Assembly: GCA_963736855.1 (NCBI GenBank)
Contig: CAVTQK010000024.1
Coordinates: 32,001-96,000, forward strand
Direction of reading: 5' to 3'
Source of the DNA: an uncultured delta proteobacterium
Lineage (GTDB): Bacteria > Desulfobacterota > Desulfobacteria > Desulfobacterales > UBA2156
DNA: 64,000 bases
The notes under the pieces: generated by a model
Databases searched by the model: none
Seen by the model: the letters and a program-made list of their open reading frames with translations, nothing else
Told to the model about the DNA's origin: nothing
Program-made: the position numbers and the translations under genes
Shown here: positions 16,251 to 25,907 of the stretch, one piece after another
Numbering within the stretch: the stretch's first letter is position 1
Layout: every line of letters starts with the position of its first letter

Positions 16251-19200
16251 ATGGGACAAAATCAAGGAAAATTTAATTTCGATTATTTTGCTGATCAAAT
16301 AGGTAATCTAATTCGGCATTATCGATGTACCGGTCTTTCCATGTCGTCGATGGCATACCTGGTTTTTCGCCTTTTTCAACTGCTCAAAAGACAGATAGTC
16401 ATCATCGCCGCTTCCCCACAAGAGGCCGAAAAATGGGTCCAGGACCTGGGTTTTTTTTTCGCCCAACGCCCGGTTTCCATTTTTACTTTTTTGCCCTATC
16501 ATCTGACGCCCCACACTTCGCTTTCCTATCACAACGAAACCGCCGCCGCCAGGATCCGCACCCTATACCAGATGATGATCGGGGAGGCGCCTATCATCGT
16601 AACCTCCATGGATGCCTGCCTGCAGCGTCTGGTACCGAAAAACCGGATCGCGGCCTATGCAGAACTGATCATGGAATACGAAGAAGTCGATCGGGAAGAC
16701 CTCATCTCAAAGTTAATTTCCGGAGGTTATGTGCGCACCGCCATTACGGAAGAACCGGGAGACTTTTCAATCCGTGGAGGGATCCTTGACGTCTTTTCAC
16801 CGACATATCCGGATCCGATCCGGATGGAGCTGGACGGAAACCGGGTCATTTCTTTGCGATTTTTTTCGCCGGCCACCCAAAGGAAAAAGGCGGCAATCCC
16901 GGAAGCGATCCTCCTTCCCGCGCGCGAGGTGATTTTGAATAAAGAGTCGATGGATGGCATATTGACGCGAATCCGCAAAGAGTCTGCCGAGCTTGAAATG
17001 CCGTTGGGAAGGATCCGGGAGCTCACGCAGCAGCTCAAGAATATGGAAATGTCTGAAAACATCGAAGGGCTCCTTCCGTTAATTTACGGGGAAACGGACA
17101 ACTTTTTGGATTACGTTTCGAAAGAAGCTCTGGTCGTTTTGCCGGAGCCTATCGCCTTGGAAAGGGCGGCCGCCGCCCTTCATGAGACGCTTACCCAAAG
17201 CTATCTCGCCGCCCGGAACGAAGGGCGTTTATGCATGGCCCCGGAATCTCTGTTTTTGCCATGGGAGGCGTTTGAGGATCTCCTGAAACCTCTGAGGGTG
17301 CTCAGATGTGAGTCAGTTGTCGTATCCACACTGGAAAATGTGCGGGAAGACTCCAGTGTATGGCGTTTTTCCGTGGAAGAAAATCCCGGTTTCTGGCTGA
17401 AGGTCCAGTCTACGAATGAAGATGGATCCCCATTTTTACCGGTAATCGATTGGATCCGGGGACAGGTTGTCTCCGGACGCTTCGTCCGGATTGCATGTGC
17501 CACCGCAGCAGACGCCGGGCGACTGGAGTCTTTGCTCGCATCCTATGGGATCCGCACAGAAATCTCTGCCGGATTTCACGCCTCACCCCGGGCCTCAGAT
17601 CGAAAAGAGGGTGATGTGGTGCTGTGCCTGGGGCGCCTCACCCGCGGCTTCACCTGGCCGGATGAGGCCCTTGCAGTCATCACTGAAGAAGAGATTTTTG
17701 GGAAGAAACACCGGAAGAAGATCTGCCATCGGCAGCTTCTTCAATCCGTTCGTGTGGGCTTTGAAGACCTGAAGCAGGGGGATCTTATCGTTCACGATGA
17801 TCACGGCATCGGAAGGTATGAGGGGCTGGTGAAGCTGGGAGTGGAACAGACGGTCAACGATTATCTCCTCCTCGTCTATAGAGGGGAAGATAAGCTTTAC
17901 CTGCCCGTCGAGCGCATGGCCGTTATTCAGAAATATCTGGGGGTGGATGGTGTTGTGCCGATGCTGGACACCCTGGGTGGCAAATCATGGGAGCGTGTCA
18001 AGGAGCGGGTCAAAAAATCAGCAGAAAAAATCGCCGGAGAGCTTCTGAAACTATATGCTGCCCGCAGCGTGAAGGAGGGGCATGCTTTCCAACCGGCGGA
18101 CAGCCGATTCCAGGACTTTGAATCCACTTTTCCCTATGAGGAGACCCAAGACCAACTGAAGGCCATTAGCGATGCTTTGGAGGACATGGCTTCCAGCCGA
18201 CCTATGGATCGTCTCATCTGCGGGGATGTAGGCTACGGGAAGACGGAGGTGGCCCTGCGCACGGCTTACATGGCGGTGAACGACGGCAAACAGGTGGCGG
18301 TGCTGGTGCCGACCACGGTTCTCGCCGAACAGCACTTCGAGACCTTTTCGAAGCGATTCGAGGATTTTCCGGTTTTCATCACCTGTCTTAGCCGCTTCAG
18401 GGCACTCAAGGAACAAAAGCGCATCCTGGAAGATGTCGCGAGCGGAAAGATCGACATCGTCATCGGGACCCATCGCCTCTTGCAAAAAGACGTCCGGTTC
18501 AAGGATCTAGGGATGTTGATCGTGGACGAGGAGCAGCGTTTCGGCGTCAGGCACAAGGAGCGGCTCAAGACGCTCAAAACTAATGTGGACGTGCTCTCAC
18601 TCACCGCCACCCCGATTCCGAGAACTCTCCATATGTCTCTGACCGGTGTGCGCGACATCAGCCTCATTGCAACACCTCCTGAACACCGTTATCCCATTGT
18701 GACCTATGTTTCGGAGATGGAGGACGGCATTATCGTCGAAGCAATCCGAAAAGAGCTGAAACGGGGTGGGCAGATCTTTTTCGTGCACAATAACATTCAC
18801 GGGATCTGGAAGATGGCACGCCATCTCCAGGATCTCGTACCGGAGGTGCGGCTAGGTATCGCCCACGGTCGGATGAAAGAAAAAGAACTCGAAGCGGTGA
18901 TGCTCTCGTTTATAAGAAAGGAAATCGACATGCTGGTTTCCACCGCCATCATCGAATCGGGGCTGGACATCCCCTCAGCCAATACCATCCTGATTCATCG
19001 GGCGGACCGCTTCGGCCTGGCCCAGATCTATCAACTCCGGGGACGCGTGGGACGTACCGACCAGCAGGCGTATGCCTACCTCTTTATTCCCAAGGGAGGG
19101 GGAATGACCGCCGATGCCAGAAAACGGCTCAAGGTCCTGATGGAACACAGCGATCTGGGTTCCGGATTTCAAATCGCCATGCGGGATCTCGAGATCCGCG

Positions 19201-19781
19201 GGGGGGGGAGCATCCTGGGGGCCTCCCAATCCGGGCACATCGCCGCCGTGGGGTATGATATGTTCCTGCAGTTGATGGAGAATGCCGTCGCGCAGCTCAA
19301 AGGTGAGCCTATCGAAGAGTCCCTCCAGCCCGAGATCAATCTGGGGCTCTCCGCGTTTATCCCGGAAACCTATGTGTCTGATATCGATCAACGGCTCTCC
19401 ATCTACCGGAGGCTCTCACGAATGGACGAACTAAAAGAGGTTCTCGACTTTAAAGCGGAATTGAGCGATCGATTCGGAAACCTTCCTATCGAGGGGGGCA
19501 ACCTGATGCTCAAGATCGTTTTAAAAATACTGGCGGCAAAGGCCGGAGTCCGTCGTTTGGATTTGAACGGGGATCAATTAATGCTTTACTTTTCAAAAGA
19601 TCATATGAAAGATCCTCCCCAGATTGCCAAAATCATCCGGACAGACCCCGGCCGTTTTTCTCTTGCTTCGGGGGATATGATGCGGGTGGTTTTACTCAAG
19701 GAAGGTAAAAATAGTCCCCTTATCCAGACGAGAAACTTGTTGAAGACGATTGCAGAGCATGTTAATTTCGCGACGGTTTAA
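16251..19781 (+). CDS. mfd: Transcription-repair coupling factor Mfd
   Basis: UvrB-like N-terminus, RID (HGIGRY), GDVGYGKT, DEEQRFG, QLRGRVGR and TRG motif; start uncertain. Confidence 0.97.
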   Translation: MGQNQGKFNFDYFADQIGNLIRHYRCTGLSMSSMAYLVFRLFQLLKRQIVIIAASPQEAEKWVQDLGFFFAQRPVSIFTFLPYHLTPHTSLSYHNETAAARIRTLYQMMIGEAPIIVTSMDACLQRLVPKNRIAAYAELIMEYEEVDREDLISKLISGGYVRTAITEEPGDFSIRGGILDVFSPTYPDPIRMELDGNRVISLRFFSPATQRKKAAIPEAILLPAREVILNKESMDGILTRIRKESAELEMPLGRIRELTQQLKNMEMSENIEGLLPLIYGETDNFLDYVSKEALVVLPEPIALERAAAALHETLTQSYLAARNEGRLCMAPESLFLPWEAFEDLLKPLRVLRCESVVVSTLENVREDSSVWRFSVEENPGFWLKVQSTNEDGSPFLPVIDWIRGQVVSGRFVRIACATAADAGRLESLLASYGIRTEISAGFHASPRASDRKEGDVVLCLGRLTRGFTWPDEALAVITEEEIFGKKHRKKICHRQLLQSVRVGFEDLKQGDLIVHDDHGIGRYEGLVKLGVEQTVNDYLLLVYRGEDKLYLPVERMAVIQKYLGVDGVVPMLDTLGGKSWERVKERVKKSAEKIAGELLKLYAARSVKEGHAFQPADSRFQDFESTFPYEETQDQLKAISDALEDMASSRPMDRLICGDVGYGKTEVALRTAYMAVNDGKQVAVLVPTTVLAEQHFETFSKRFEDFPVFITCLSRFRALKEQKRILEDVASGKIDIVIGTHRLLQKDVRFKDLGMLIVDEEQRFGVRHKERLKTLKTNVDVLSLTATPIPRTLHMSLTGVRDISLIATPPEHRYPIVTYVSEMEDGIIVEAIRKELKRGGQIFFVHNNIHGIWKMARHLQDLVPEVRLGIAHGRMKEKELEAVMLSFIRKEIDMLVSTAIIESGLDIPSANTILIHRADRFGLAQIYQLRGRVGRTDQQAYAYLFIPKGGGMTADARKRLKVLMEHSDLGSGFQIAMRDLEIRGGGSILGASQSGHIAAVGYDMFLQLMENAVAQLKGEPIEESLQPEINLGLSAFIPETYVSDIDQRLSIYRRLSRMDELKEVLDFKAELSDRFGNLPIEGGNLMLKIVLKILAAKAGVRRLDLNGDQLMLYFSKDHMKDPPQIAKIIRTDPGRFSLASGDMMRVVLLKEGKNSPLIQTRNLLKTIAEHVNFATV

Positions 19782-19796
19782 TTCGGAATAAATCGG

Positions 19797-20819
19797 ATGA
19801 AAAAACATTTTGGAAAAATCAAACGATTGCTTTTGGAGGTCCACCGGACTCTATTAATGAAACTGGCGATTTCTTTAGGGGTTTGCCTCGTATCGGGATT
19901 TTGGAGTCCTTTACACGCCGAGCTCGTAGACCGGATTCTTGCCTTTGTCAACGACGACATTGTCACCCTTTACGAATTAAACAAGTCTATCAAGCCCTAT
20001 GAGGCCCGGATCCGGTCGCTGGATTACCCCCCGGAAAATGAAAGAAAGATGCTTTCAAAGATACGGGAAGACGTGCTGAATCAACTCATCGACGAGAAGC
20101 TGGCGGATCAGGAGATCAAACAGCTCAACCTGTCGGTGGATGAAAAGGAGATCGATAGTGCCATCGAACGGTTCAAGGTCGCCAACACCTTGACCGATGA
20201 AGGATTGAAAGAGGCGCTGGACGAAGAAGGGATTTCAGTGGACGAATACCGGAAAAGGATCAAGGAACAGATCCTCCGGGCCAAGCTGGTGAACCGGCAA
20301 GTGAAATCCAAGATCGTCATCACCCAGGAGGATATCCGGACTTATTACGAAAGCCACCCGGAGCGCTATGGCCCTAAAAAACGCTACCGACTGCGTCAAA
20401 TCCTCATGCGGCCGCCCACCGGGGCATTTAAAAAAGAGAAGGCGGAAAAAAGAAAGCAGATGGAATGGATCTTGGGAGAGCTGAAACAGGGAAAGCCTTT
20501 TGCCGATATGGCCCGAAATTTTTCGGAGGTTCTGGCGGAAGAGGAAGGAAGACTAGGGTTGTTTGATTTTGAGGAACTCTCTGAAAAACTTCAGGAGGCA
20601 TTAAGAGGAAAGAGGGCCGGCGAGTTTACGGAAATCCTCGAAACCGATCAGGGGTACCAGATCGTATTAATCGAAGAAATTGTTGAAACACCGGCCAAGG
20701 AGCTATCCGAAGCATCGGCAGAAATCGAGGAGGCCCTTTTTCAAGAACAGATCAAGAAGCAATACGAGGTGTGGCTTTCGGAATTAAAGACCAAGTCCAT
20801 TGTCAAGAGGGTCGATTAG
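19797..20819 (+). CDS. surA: SurA-family periplasmic chaperone/PPIase
   Basis: VDRILAFVNDDIVT SurA N-domain, parvulin-like domain and mfd-surA synteny. Confidence 0.85.
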   Translation: MKKHFGKIKRLLLEVHRTLLMKLAISLGVCLVSGFWSPLHAELVDRILAFVNDDIVTLYELNKSIKPYEARIRSLDYPPENERKMLSKIREDVLNQLIDEKLADQEIKQLNLSVDEKEIDSAIERFKVANTLTDEGLKEALDEEGISVDEYRKRIKEQILRAKLVNRQVKSKIVITQEDIRTYYESHPERYGPKKRYRLRQILMRPPTGAFKKEKAEKRKQMEWILGELKQGKPFADMARNFSEVLAEEEGRLGLFDFEELSEKLQEALRGKRAGEFTEILETDQGYQIVLIEEIVETPAKELSEASAEIEEALFQEQIKKQYEVWLSELKTKSIVKRVD

Positions 20820-21572
20820 ATGGATGACGAACAGCGGGAAACCTCTTTTGGCAGGTATTTGCGCACCTTTCGTGAGCAAAGGGGAATGCGCATCCAAGAA
20901 TTGTCGGAGCTGACCAAAATCCCGATCCATGTTCTCCGAAACCTCGAGGGGGAATCTCTCCACAGACTCCCTGAACCGGTTTATGTGAAAGGGTTTATCC
21001 GGTCTTATGCCAGAGCCGTGGGCGCCGATCCGACAGAGGCTGTTGGGCTATACCTGAAAAAGGCTCCGACCATCGACAGACCCGGCGATTTTTGTGTGGA
21101 ACGACCAGAAATCCGGAAGCGGTTTTGGCCGGGCCTCCTCCTTTCCTTAGTCGGGTTTATCGGAATCGTTCTTTTTTCCGTATGGGGAATGTCGGTGATA
21201 AAAAAACGGTCCGAACCCACCCGAGAACCGGTCATCGAGGCCGCAGTCGCCGTTCAAGAAGATAAAGGAACAGATGGTGAGCCGAGACAAAAACCCGTTG
21301 CTACCGATCCCTCCGAGGCCGTTCAGCCTATGCTTTCTGAAGGGTATCTTCTTGACCTGAAGGCTATCATGGACACCTGGGTTCGGGTGACCATCGACGA
21401 TCATGACCCGAAGGAATACCTCCTGAAAACAGGAGATCAACTGGCGTTGAAGGCGACTTCCGGCTTTTTGCTGCACATCGGAAATTCGGCCGGTATTACC
21501 ATGAAGCTCAATGGAGCCCCTTTTTTATTCGAAGGCAAAAGAGGACAGCCCGTTAAACTCAAACTTCCGTGA
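20820..21572 (+). CDS. rodZ: RodZ-like protein (HTH, TM, DUF4115-like)
   Basis: HTH with YVKGFIRSYA, single TM and C-terminal IGNSAG beta domain. Confidence 0.85.
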   Translation: MDDEQRETSFGRYLRTFREQRGMRIQELSELTKIPIHVLRNLEGESLHRLPEPVYVKGFIRSYARAVGADPTEAVGLYLKKAPTIDRPGDFCVERPEIRKRFWPGLLLSLVGFIGIVLFSVWGMSVIKKRSEPTREPVIEAAVAVQEDKGTDGEPRQKPVATDPSEAVQPMLSEGYLLDLKAIMDTWVRVTIDDHDPKEYLLKTGDQLALKATSGFLLHIGNSAGITMKLNGAPFLFEGKRGQPVKLKLP

Positions 21573-21589
21573 GTGAAGGGGAACCCTAA

Positions 21590-22942
21590 ATGGCCAACGA
21601 TCGGAACCGTATATTGGTGGAAAGCATCAAGCGTCTCCTCAGACGGGGAGCGACTTCGCACCTGACCAAGATCGTCAACATGGCACATGCGGCCGATCTT
21701 TCTGCCATCTTCAGATCGCTGTCCGGTTCAAACCAGAAGAAACTGTTCGACCTCATCAACGACATCGAGAAGAAGGGATTCCTGCTCATGGAGCTGGATG
21801 AAGATATCCTTCTTGATCTTGTGGAAGGGATGGACACGGATCTCCTGGTAAAGATCCTGGAAAAACTTCCCGAAAACGATGCTGCCGATCTGCTCAGCGT
21901 CCTGCCGGAGGAAAAGGCCGACATCCTACTCAAGAAGATGAAAGAGAAGGGGGTGGAGGATGTGGTGGATCTCCTCAAGTATGACGAGGAGACGGCGGGC
22001 CGTATCATGGTAACGGACGTCATTGCCTTGAAACAGGACATGACCGTCAAGGAAGCCATCGCGAACATCCAGAAAGAACATGAAGATGCGGAGATGCCCT
22101 TTTACCTCTATGTGGTGGACGATTACGGAAAGCTCGTGGGCGTAAGCTCTCTGAGGCAGCTGGTTTTGGTACCTCCTGAAACGCAGCTCAAAGATATCAT
22201 GGCGACCGACGTGATCTCTGTTCAGCCCGAAATGGACCAGGAGGAAGTGGCCCGGATCGTGGCCCGTTACGATTTCCTGGCGGTTCCGGTAGTGGACGAG
22301 GGTCACCGATTGGTCGGTATCGTCACCGTGGATGACATCATTGACGTACTGCGAAGTGAGGCGACGGAAGACATCCTTAAAATGGCCGGCGCCGGCGAGG
22401 AATTCGTGGAGACCAAGTCCGTTTTCAAAAGCATCCGGATCAGGCTTCCCTGGCTTTTCGCCAGCTGCATCGGCGGCATTCTTGCATCCCTGATCGTCGG
22501 CTATTTTTCCGGAATGTTAAATAAAATGGTTTACCTTGTTGCTTTTATGCCTGTTATCGCAGGCATGGGAGGGAATGTCGGAACGCAATCCTCCACCATC
22601 GTTGTTCGCGGTCTGGCCATGGGCCGAATCAACATTCGGGATATCATGAAGGTGGTCCTGAAGGAAATCTCCACCGGTTTCATCCTTGGTTTGATCTATG
22701 GTCTCATCATCGCTTTTGTGGCCGAATTCCGTTACAGTGTCGAATTTTTATCCCTGTCCGTCGGGCTTGCAATGATATGTTCGATGTCCATGGCGGCCCT
22801 CATGGGATCTCTGTTACCCATGCTGTTTGCCAGGGTGCATATCGATCCGGCTGTTGCCACCGGCCCCTTTGTGACCACCGCCACCGACATTGTCAGCGTT
22901 TTTTTCTACTTCCAGATTGCTTCGGTACTGTTGGGGATCTGA
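21590..22942 (+). CDS. mgtE: Magnesium transporter MgtE
   Basis: CBS pair, GMGGNVGTQS and DPAVATGPFVTT. Confidence 0.96.
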   Translation: MANDRNRILVESIKRLLRRGATSHLTKIVNMAHAADLSAIFRSLSGSNQKKLFDLINDIEKKGFLLMELDEDILLDLVEGMDTDLLVKILEKLPENDAADLLSVLPEEKADILLKKMKEKGVEDVVDLLKYDEETAGRIMVTDVIALKQDMTVKEAIANIQKEHEDAEMPFYLYVVDDYGKLVGVSSLRQLVLVPPETQLKDIMATDVISVQPEMDQEEVARIVARYDFLAVPVVDEGHRLVGIVTVDDIIDVLRSEATEDILKMAGAGEEFVETKSVFKSIRIRLPWLFASCIGGILASLIVGYFSGMLNKMVYLVAFMPVIAGMGGNVGTQSSTIVVRGLAMGRINIRDIMKVVLKEISTGFILGLIYGLIIAFVAEFRYSVEFLSLSVGLAMICSMSMAALMGSLLPMLFARVHIDPAVATGPFVTTATDIVSVFFYFQIASVLLGI

Positions 22943-22946
22943 TCCG

Positions 22947-23711
22947 ATGCTTATTTTTTCAAGCCCCGCCATTGTGTTGCGCCGTATGGATTTCGGAGAT
23001 TTCGACCTCATTCTGACCCTCTTCACTAAAAGCGACGGAAAAATTACGGTCATCGCTAAATCCGCCAAAAAAAGTACCCGGCGGTTTTCCGGTATCCTCG
23101 AGCCTTTTTCCACCATCGACGCGATATGCCGGCGGAGCAAGGGAAAGGGGATGCCGGTCTTGCAGGAGGCGAACCTCGTGAAGGCCCATCCCGCTATCCG
23201 CACCGATTTCAGGAAGACCGCTTACGCCGGCTACTGGGCGGAAATCATTATCGAGTGGAGCGAAGACGGGCACGAGCAGCCTTCCCTCTTTGAGCTCTTG
23301 GATCACGTCTTAGAAGGGCTCGATCAAGGGTGGATGCCGGATGAAGTCCTGTCTCTGCTCTTCCAGATCCGTTTTTTAAGGTTTACCGGCATGCATCCGA
23401 ACCTTACCCATTGCCGCGTGTGCGGAGCCGAGCTGGAAGGGATGCCGGGTTTGCTGGCCCTCTTTGATCTTGCAAAAGGCTCGCTGGTGTGTGAGAAGTG
23501 CAAATCGCCTTTGTCACGCCCGTTTTTTTTATCCAAAAGGCTTTTGAAACAACTCCAGTGGACGTCGGAGGCGGACCTGGATGCGGTCGGCCGCATCAAA
23601 TGGACCCCGGACACTGAAAGGGAAGCAAGTCATTTCCTGGAATCCTTTATCCCCCATCATTTAGGGAAATCCTTCCGAAGCCTGAAGGTATTGCGACAAT
23701 TGCGTCAATGA
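22947..23711 (+). CDS. recO: DNA repair protein RecO
   Basis: N-terminal OB fold (DFGDFDLILTLFT), CxxC...CxxC zinc finger and recO-glyQ synteny. Confidence 0.92.
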   Translation: MLIFSSPAIVLRRMDFGDFDLILTLFTKSDGKITVIAKSAKKSTRRFSGILEPFSTIDAICRRSKGKGMPVLQEANLVKAHPAIRTDFRKTAYAGYWAEIIIEWSEDGHEQPSLFELLDHVLEGLDQGWMPDEVLSLLFQIRFLRFTGMHPNLTHCRVCGAELEGMPGLLALFDLAKGSLVCEKCKSPLSRPFFLSKRLLKQLQWTSEADLDAVGRIKWTPDTEREASHFLESFIPHHLGKSFRSLKVLRQLRQ

Positions 23712-24757
23712 AGGTGAACTTCCAAAAAATTCTCGAGAAATCTCCTGTCGAAGCATCCGCACCTTGCCGCATCGATGCGGGCGGGACTCTCGACATTTCC
23801 ACCTTCTATTTTCCATTACAGCACTTGGCCCCGAGTACTGTAAACATTGCCCTTGATTTACGCACCAGTGTGACATTGAACCCGTTTACAACGGGGAAGA
23901 TAAAGATTTCTTCCGCCGGTTTTAAAAGTGTTATCGTTTCACCCAACAGGGCTTCTTTTCGCCATCCCATGGGACTAATCTTTGCTGTCGCAGCCTATTT
24001 CAATGCTCAGGGTGTCCACATCCACATCGATTCCGCATCACCGCCCAAAAGCGCTTTAGGGGGATCTTCGGTAGCGGCAGTGGCGTTGATCGCGGCGTTT
24101 TCCAAGGTTTTTTCTCCGGATCAAAACCCGGTCCCTACTAAAGATCACATCGCCCTGTTGGCCCACGGGATCGAAGCGGGTGTGGCCGGCGTCCCTTGCG
24201 GCCTCCAGGATCAACTCGCTGCGGCCCACGGGGGCGTCAATGCATGGTACTGGAAAACCGACGGCGGGAAAACCCCTTTCCACCGTTTTTCCCTCCTTGC
24301 CAGGAGGAATTTCAAGGAGCTGCAACGGCATCTCCTTCTTTGCTATTGCGGAAAACCCCACGAATCGAAGGACATCAATGGAAAATGGATCCGGCAGTTT
24401 TTGGAAGGCCGGAACCGCGCGGTATGGGAGGCGATTATCTTAAACACCCACCGACTGGAAAAAGCCTTTGCCCAAAAAGATTTCAATGCTGCTGCCGAAG
24501 CGATTTTAAGCGAAACAAGACTGAGGTTGAAAATGACTCCCGATGTTCTGGACGTCACCGGAAAAAGGCTCTTCGAGTCCGCCAAGGCTGAAGGATGCGG
24601 GGCACGGTTTGCAGGCGCCGGAGGCGGAGGATGCGTATGGGCTGTGGGCGAGGCGGATCGCATGCTGTCGCTAAGGGAAGAATGGGAATCGATCATATCG
24701 AAGATAAAGGATGCGCGATTGTTACCGGTGGTCATAAACGGCATAGGGGTATTGTAA
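23708..24757 (+). CDS. GHMP-family sugar kinase (HddA/galactokinase-like)
   Basis: APCRIDAGG, PPKSALGGSS, GLQDQ and GAGGGG motifs. Confidence 0.85.
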   Translation: MKVNFQKILEKSPVEASAPCRIDAGGTLDISTFYFPLQHLAPSTVNIALDLRTSVTLNPFTTGKIKISSAGFKSVIVSPNRASFRHPMGLIFAVAAYFNAQGVHIHIDSASPPKSALGGSSVAAVALIAAFSKVFSPDQNPVPTKDHIALLAHGIEAGVAGVPCGLQDQLAAAHGGVNAWYWKTDGGKTPFHRFSLLARRNFKELQRHLLLCYCGKPHESKDINGKWIRQFLEGRNRAVWEAIILNTHRLEKAFAQKDFNAAAEAILSETRLRLKMTPDVLDVTGKRLFESAKAEGCGARFAGAGGGGCVWAVGEADRMLSLREEWESIISKIKDARLLPVVINGIGVL

Positions 24758-24822
24758 CGCCTCGGATTTGATGCTATAGGGAATCATCTTTAATTCCACC
24801 TAATCGACCGGATGATAACTTT

Positions 24823-24975
24823 GATGAAATCGAAAAAACTCAAAATTAGGATGGCAAAGTAAAAAGCTTCAGATACAAGGCGCGCAAATCCTGAGGAATG
24901 AGGCGTACATGTGGGTACGCCGCAATGACAAAGGATGCAGTGCAACGCAGCAGATGGACTTTTTACGAAGCCATC
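24823..24975 (-). mobile_element. MITE, GATG...CATC family, copy A
   Basis: Imperfect terminal inverted repeats, flanked by AACTTT direct repeat; 126-bp core differs from the copy at 55794 by 3 substitutions. Confidence 0.85.
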
Positions 24976-25001
24976 AACTTTAAACGACGAGGGTAAATGA
25001 T

Positions 25002-25877
25002 ATGTACTTTCAGGATGTCATCATGTCCTTGGAACGGTTCTGGGCACGCAAAGGATGCGTGATTGCCCAGCCGTACGATATGGAGGTGGGCGCAGGGACT
25101 TTTCACTGGACGACGCTCCTGCGGTCCCTCGGTCCAGAGCCCTGGAATGTGGCCTATGTGCAGCCTTCCAGACGGCCTACGGACGGGAGATATGGGGAGA
25201 ATCCCAACCGACTCCAGCATTACTACCAGTACCAGGTGATCCTGAAGCCGTCCCCGCTGGATGTACAGCAGCAATATCTCGAAAGCCTGCGTGCCCTGGG
25301 GATCGATCCGTTGGAACATGATATCCGGTTTGTGGAGGACGACTGGGAAAGCCCGACCCTCGGTGCTTCGGGCCTGGGATGGGAGGTCTGGCTGGACGGT
25401 ATGGAGATCACCCAGTTCACTTACTTCCAGCTGGCGGGAAGCATCGAGCTTTCCCCGATATCAGCGGAACTCACCTATGGCCTGGAGCGTATCGCGATGT
25501 ACCTTCAGGGCGTAGACAATGTCTATGATCTGGAGTGGAATGCCCACGTCCGCTACGGTGACGTTCATCACCAGCAGGAAGTGGAAGGATCTACTTACAA
25601 TTTCGAAAAAGCAAACATCCCGATGCTCCAGAACCTCTTCAGCCAGTATGAGGCCGAATCGGCGCGGCTTATCGAGATTCCGCTGGTGCTGCCGGCCTAC
25701 GATTATTGCCTGAAATGCTCTCACACGTTTAATTTGCTGGATGCTCGGGGTGCCATCAGCGTCACCGAGCGCACCGGTTATATCGCACGGATCCGGAACT
25801 TGGCGAGACGCTGCGCCGAAGCCTATTTGAAACAAAGAGAGTCCATGGGATTTCCGCTGCTCAACAGGGGAATATAA
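25002..25877 (+). CDS. glyQ: Glycine--tRNA ligase alpha subunit
   Basis: [30 protein letters not shown] and TYGLER. Confidence 0.98.
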   Translation: MYFQDVIMSLERFWARKGCVIAQPYDMEVGAGTFHWTTLLRSLGPEPWNVAYVQPSRRPTDGRYGENPNRLQHYYQYQVILKPSPLDVQQQYLESLRALGIDPLEHDIRFVEDDWESPTLGASGLGWEVWLDGMEITQFTYFQLAGSIELSPISAELTYGLERIAMYLQGVDNVYDLEWNAHVRYGDVHHQQEVEGSTYNFEKANIPMLQNLFSQYEAESARLIEIPLVLPAYDYCLKCSHTFNLLDARGAISVTERTGYIARIRNLARRCAEAYLKQRESMGFPLLNRGI

Positions 25878-25907
25878 TCCTGCAACACAAGAACCGAGAG
25901 GTTTAAG

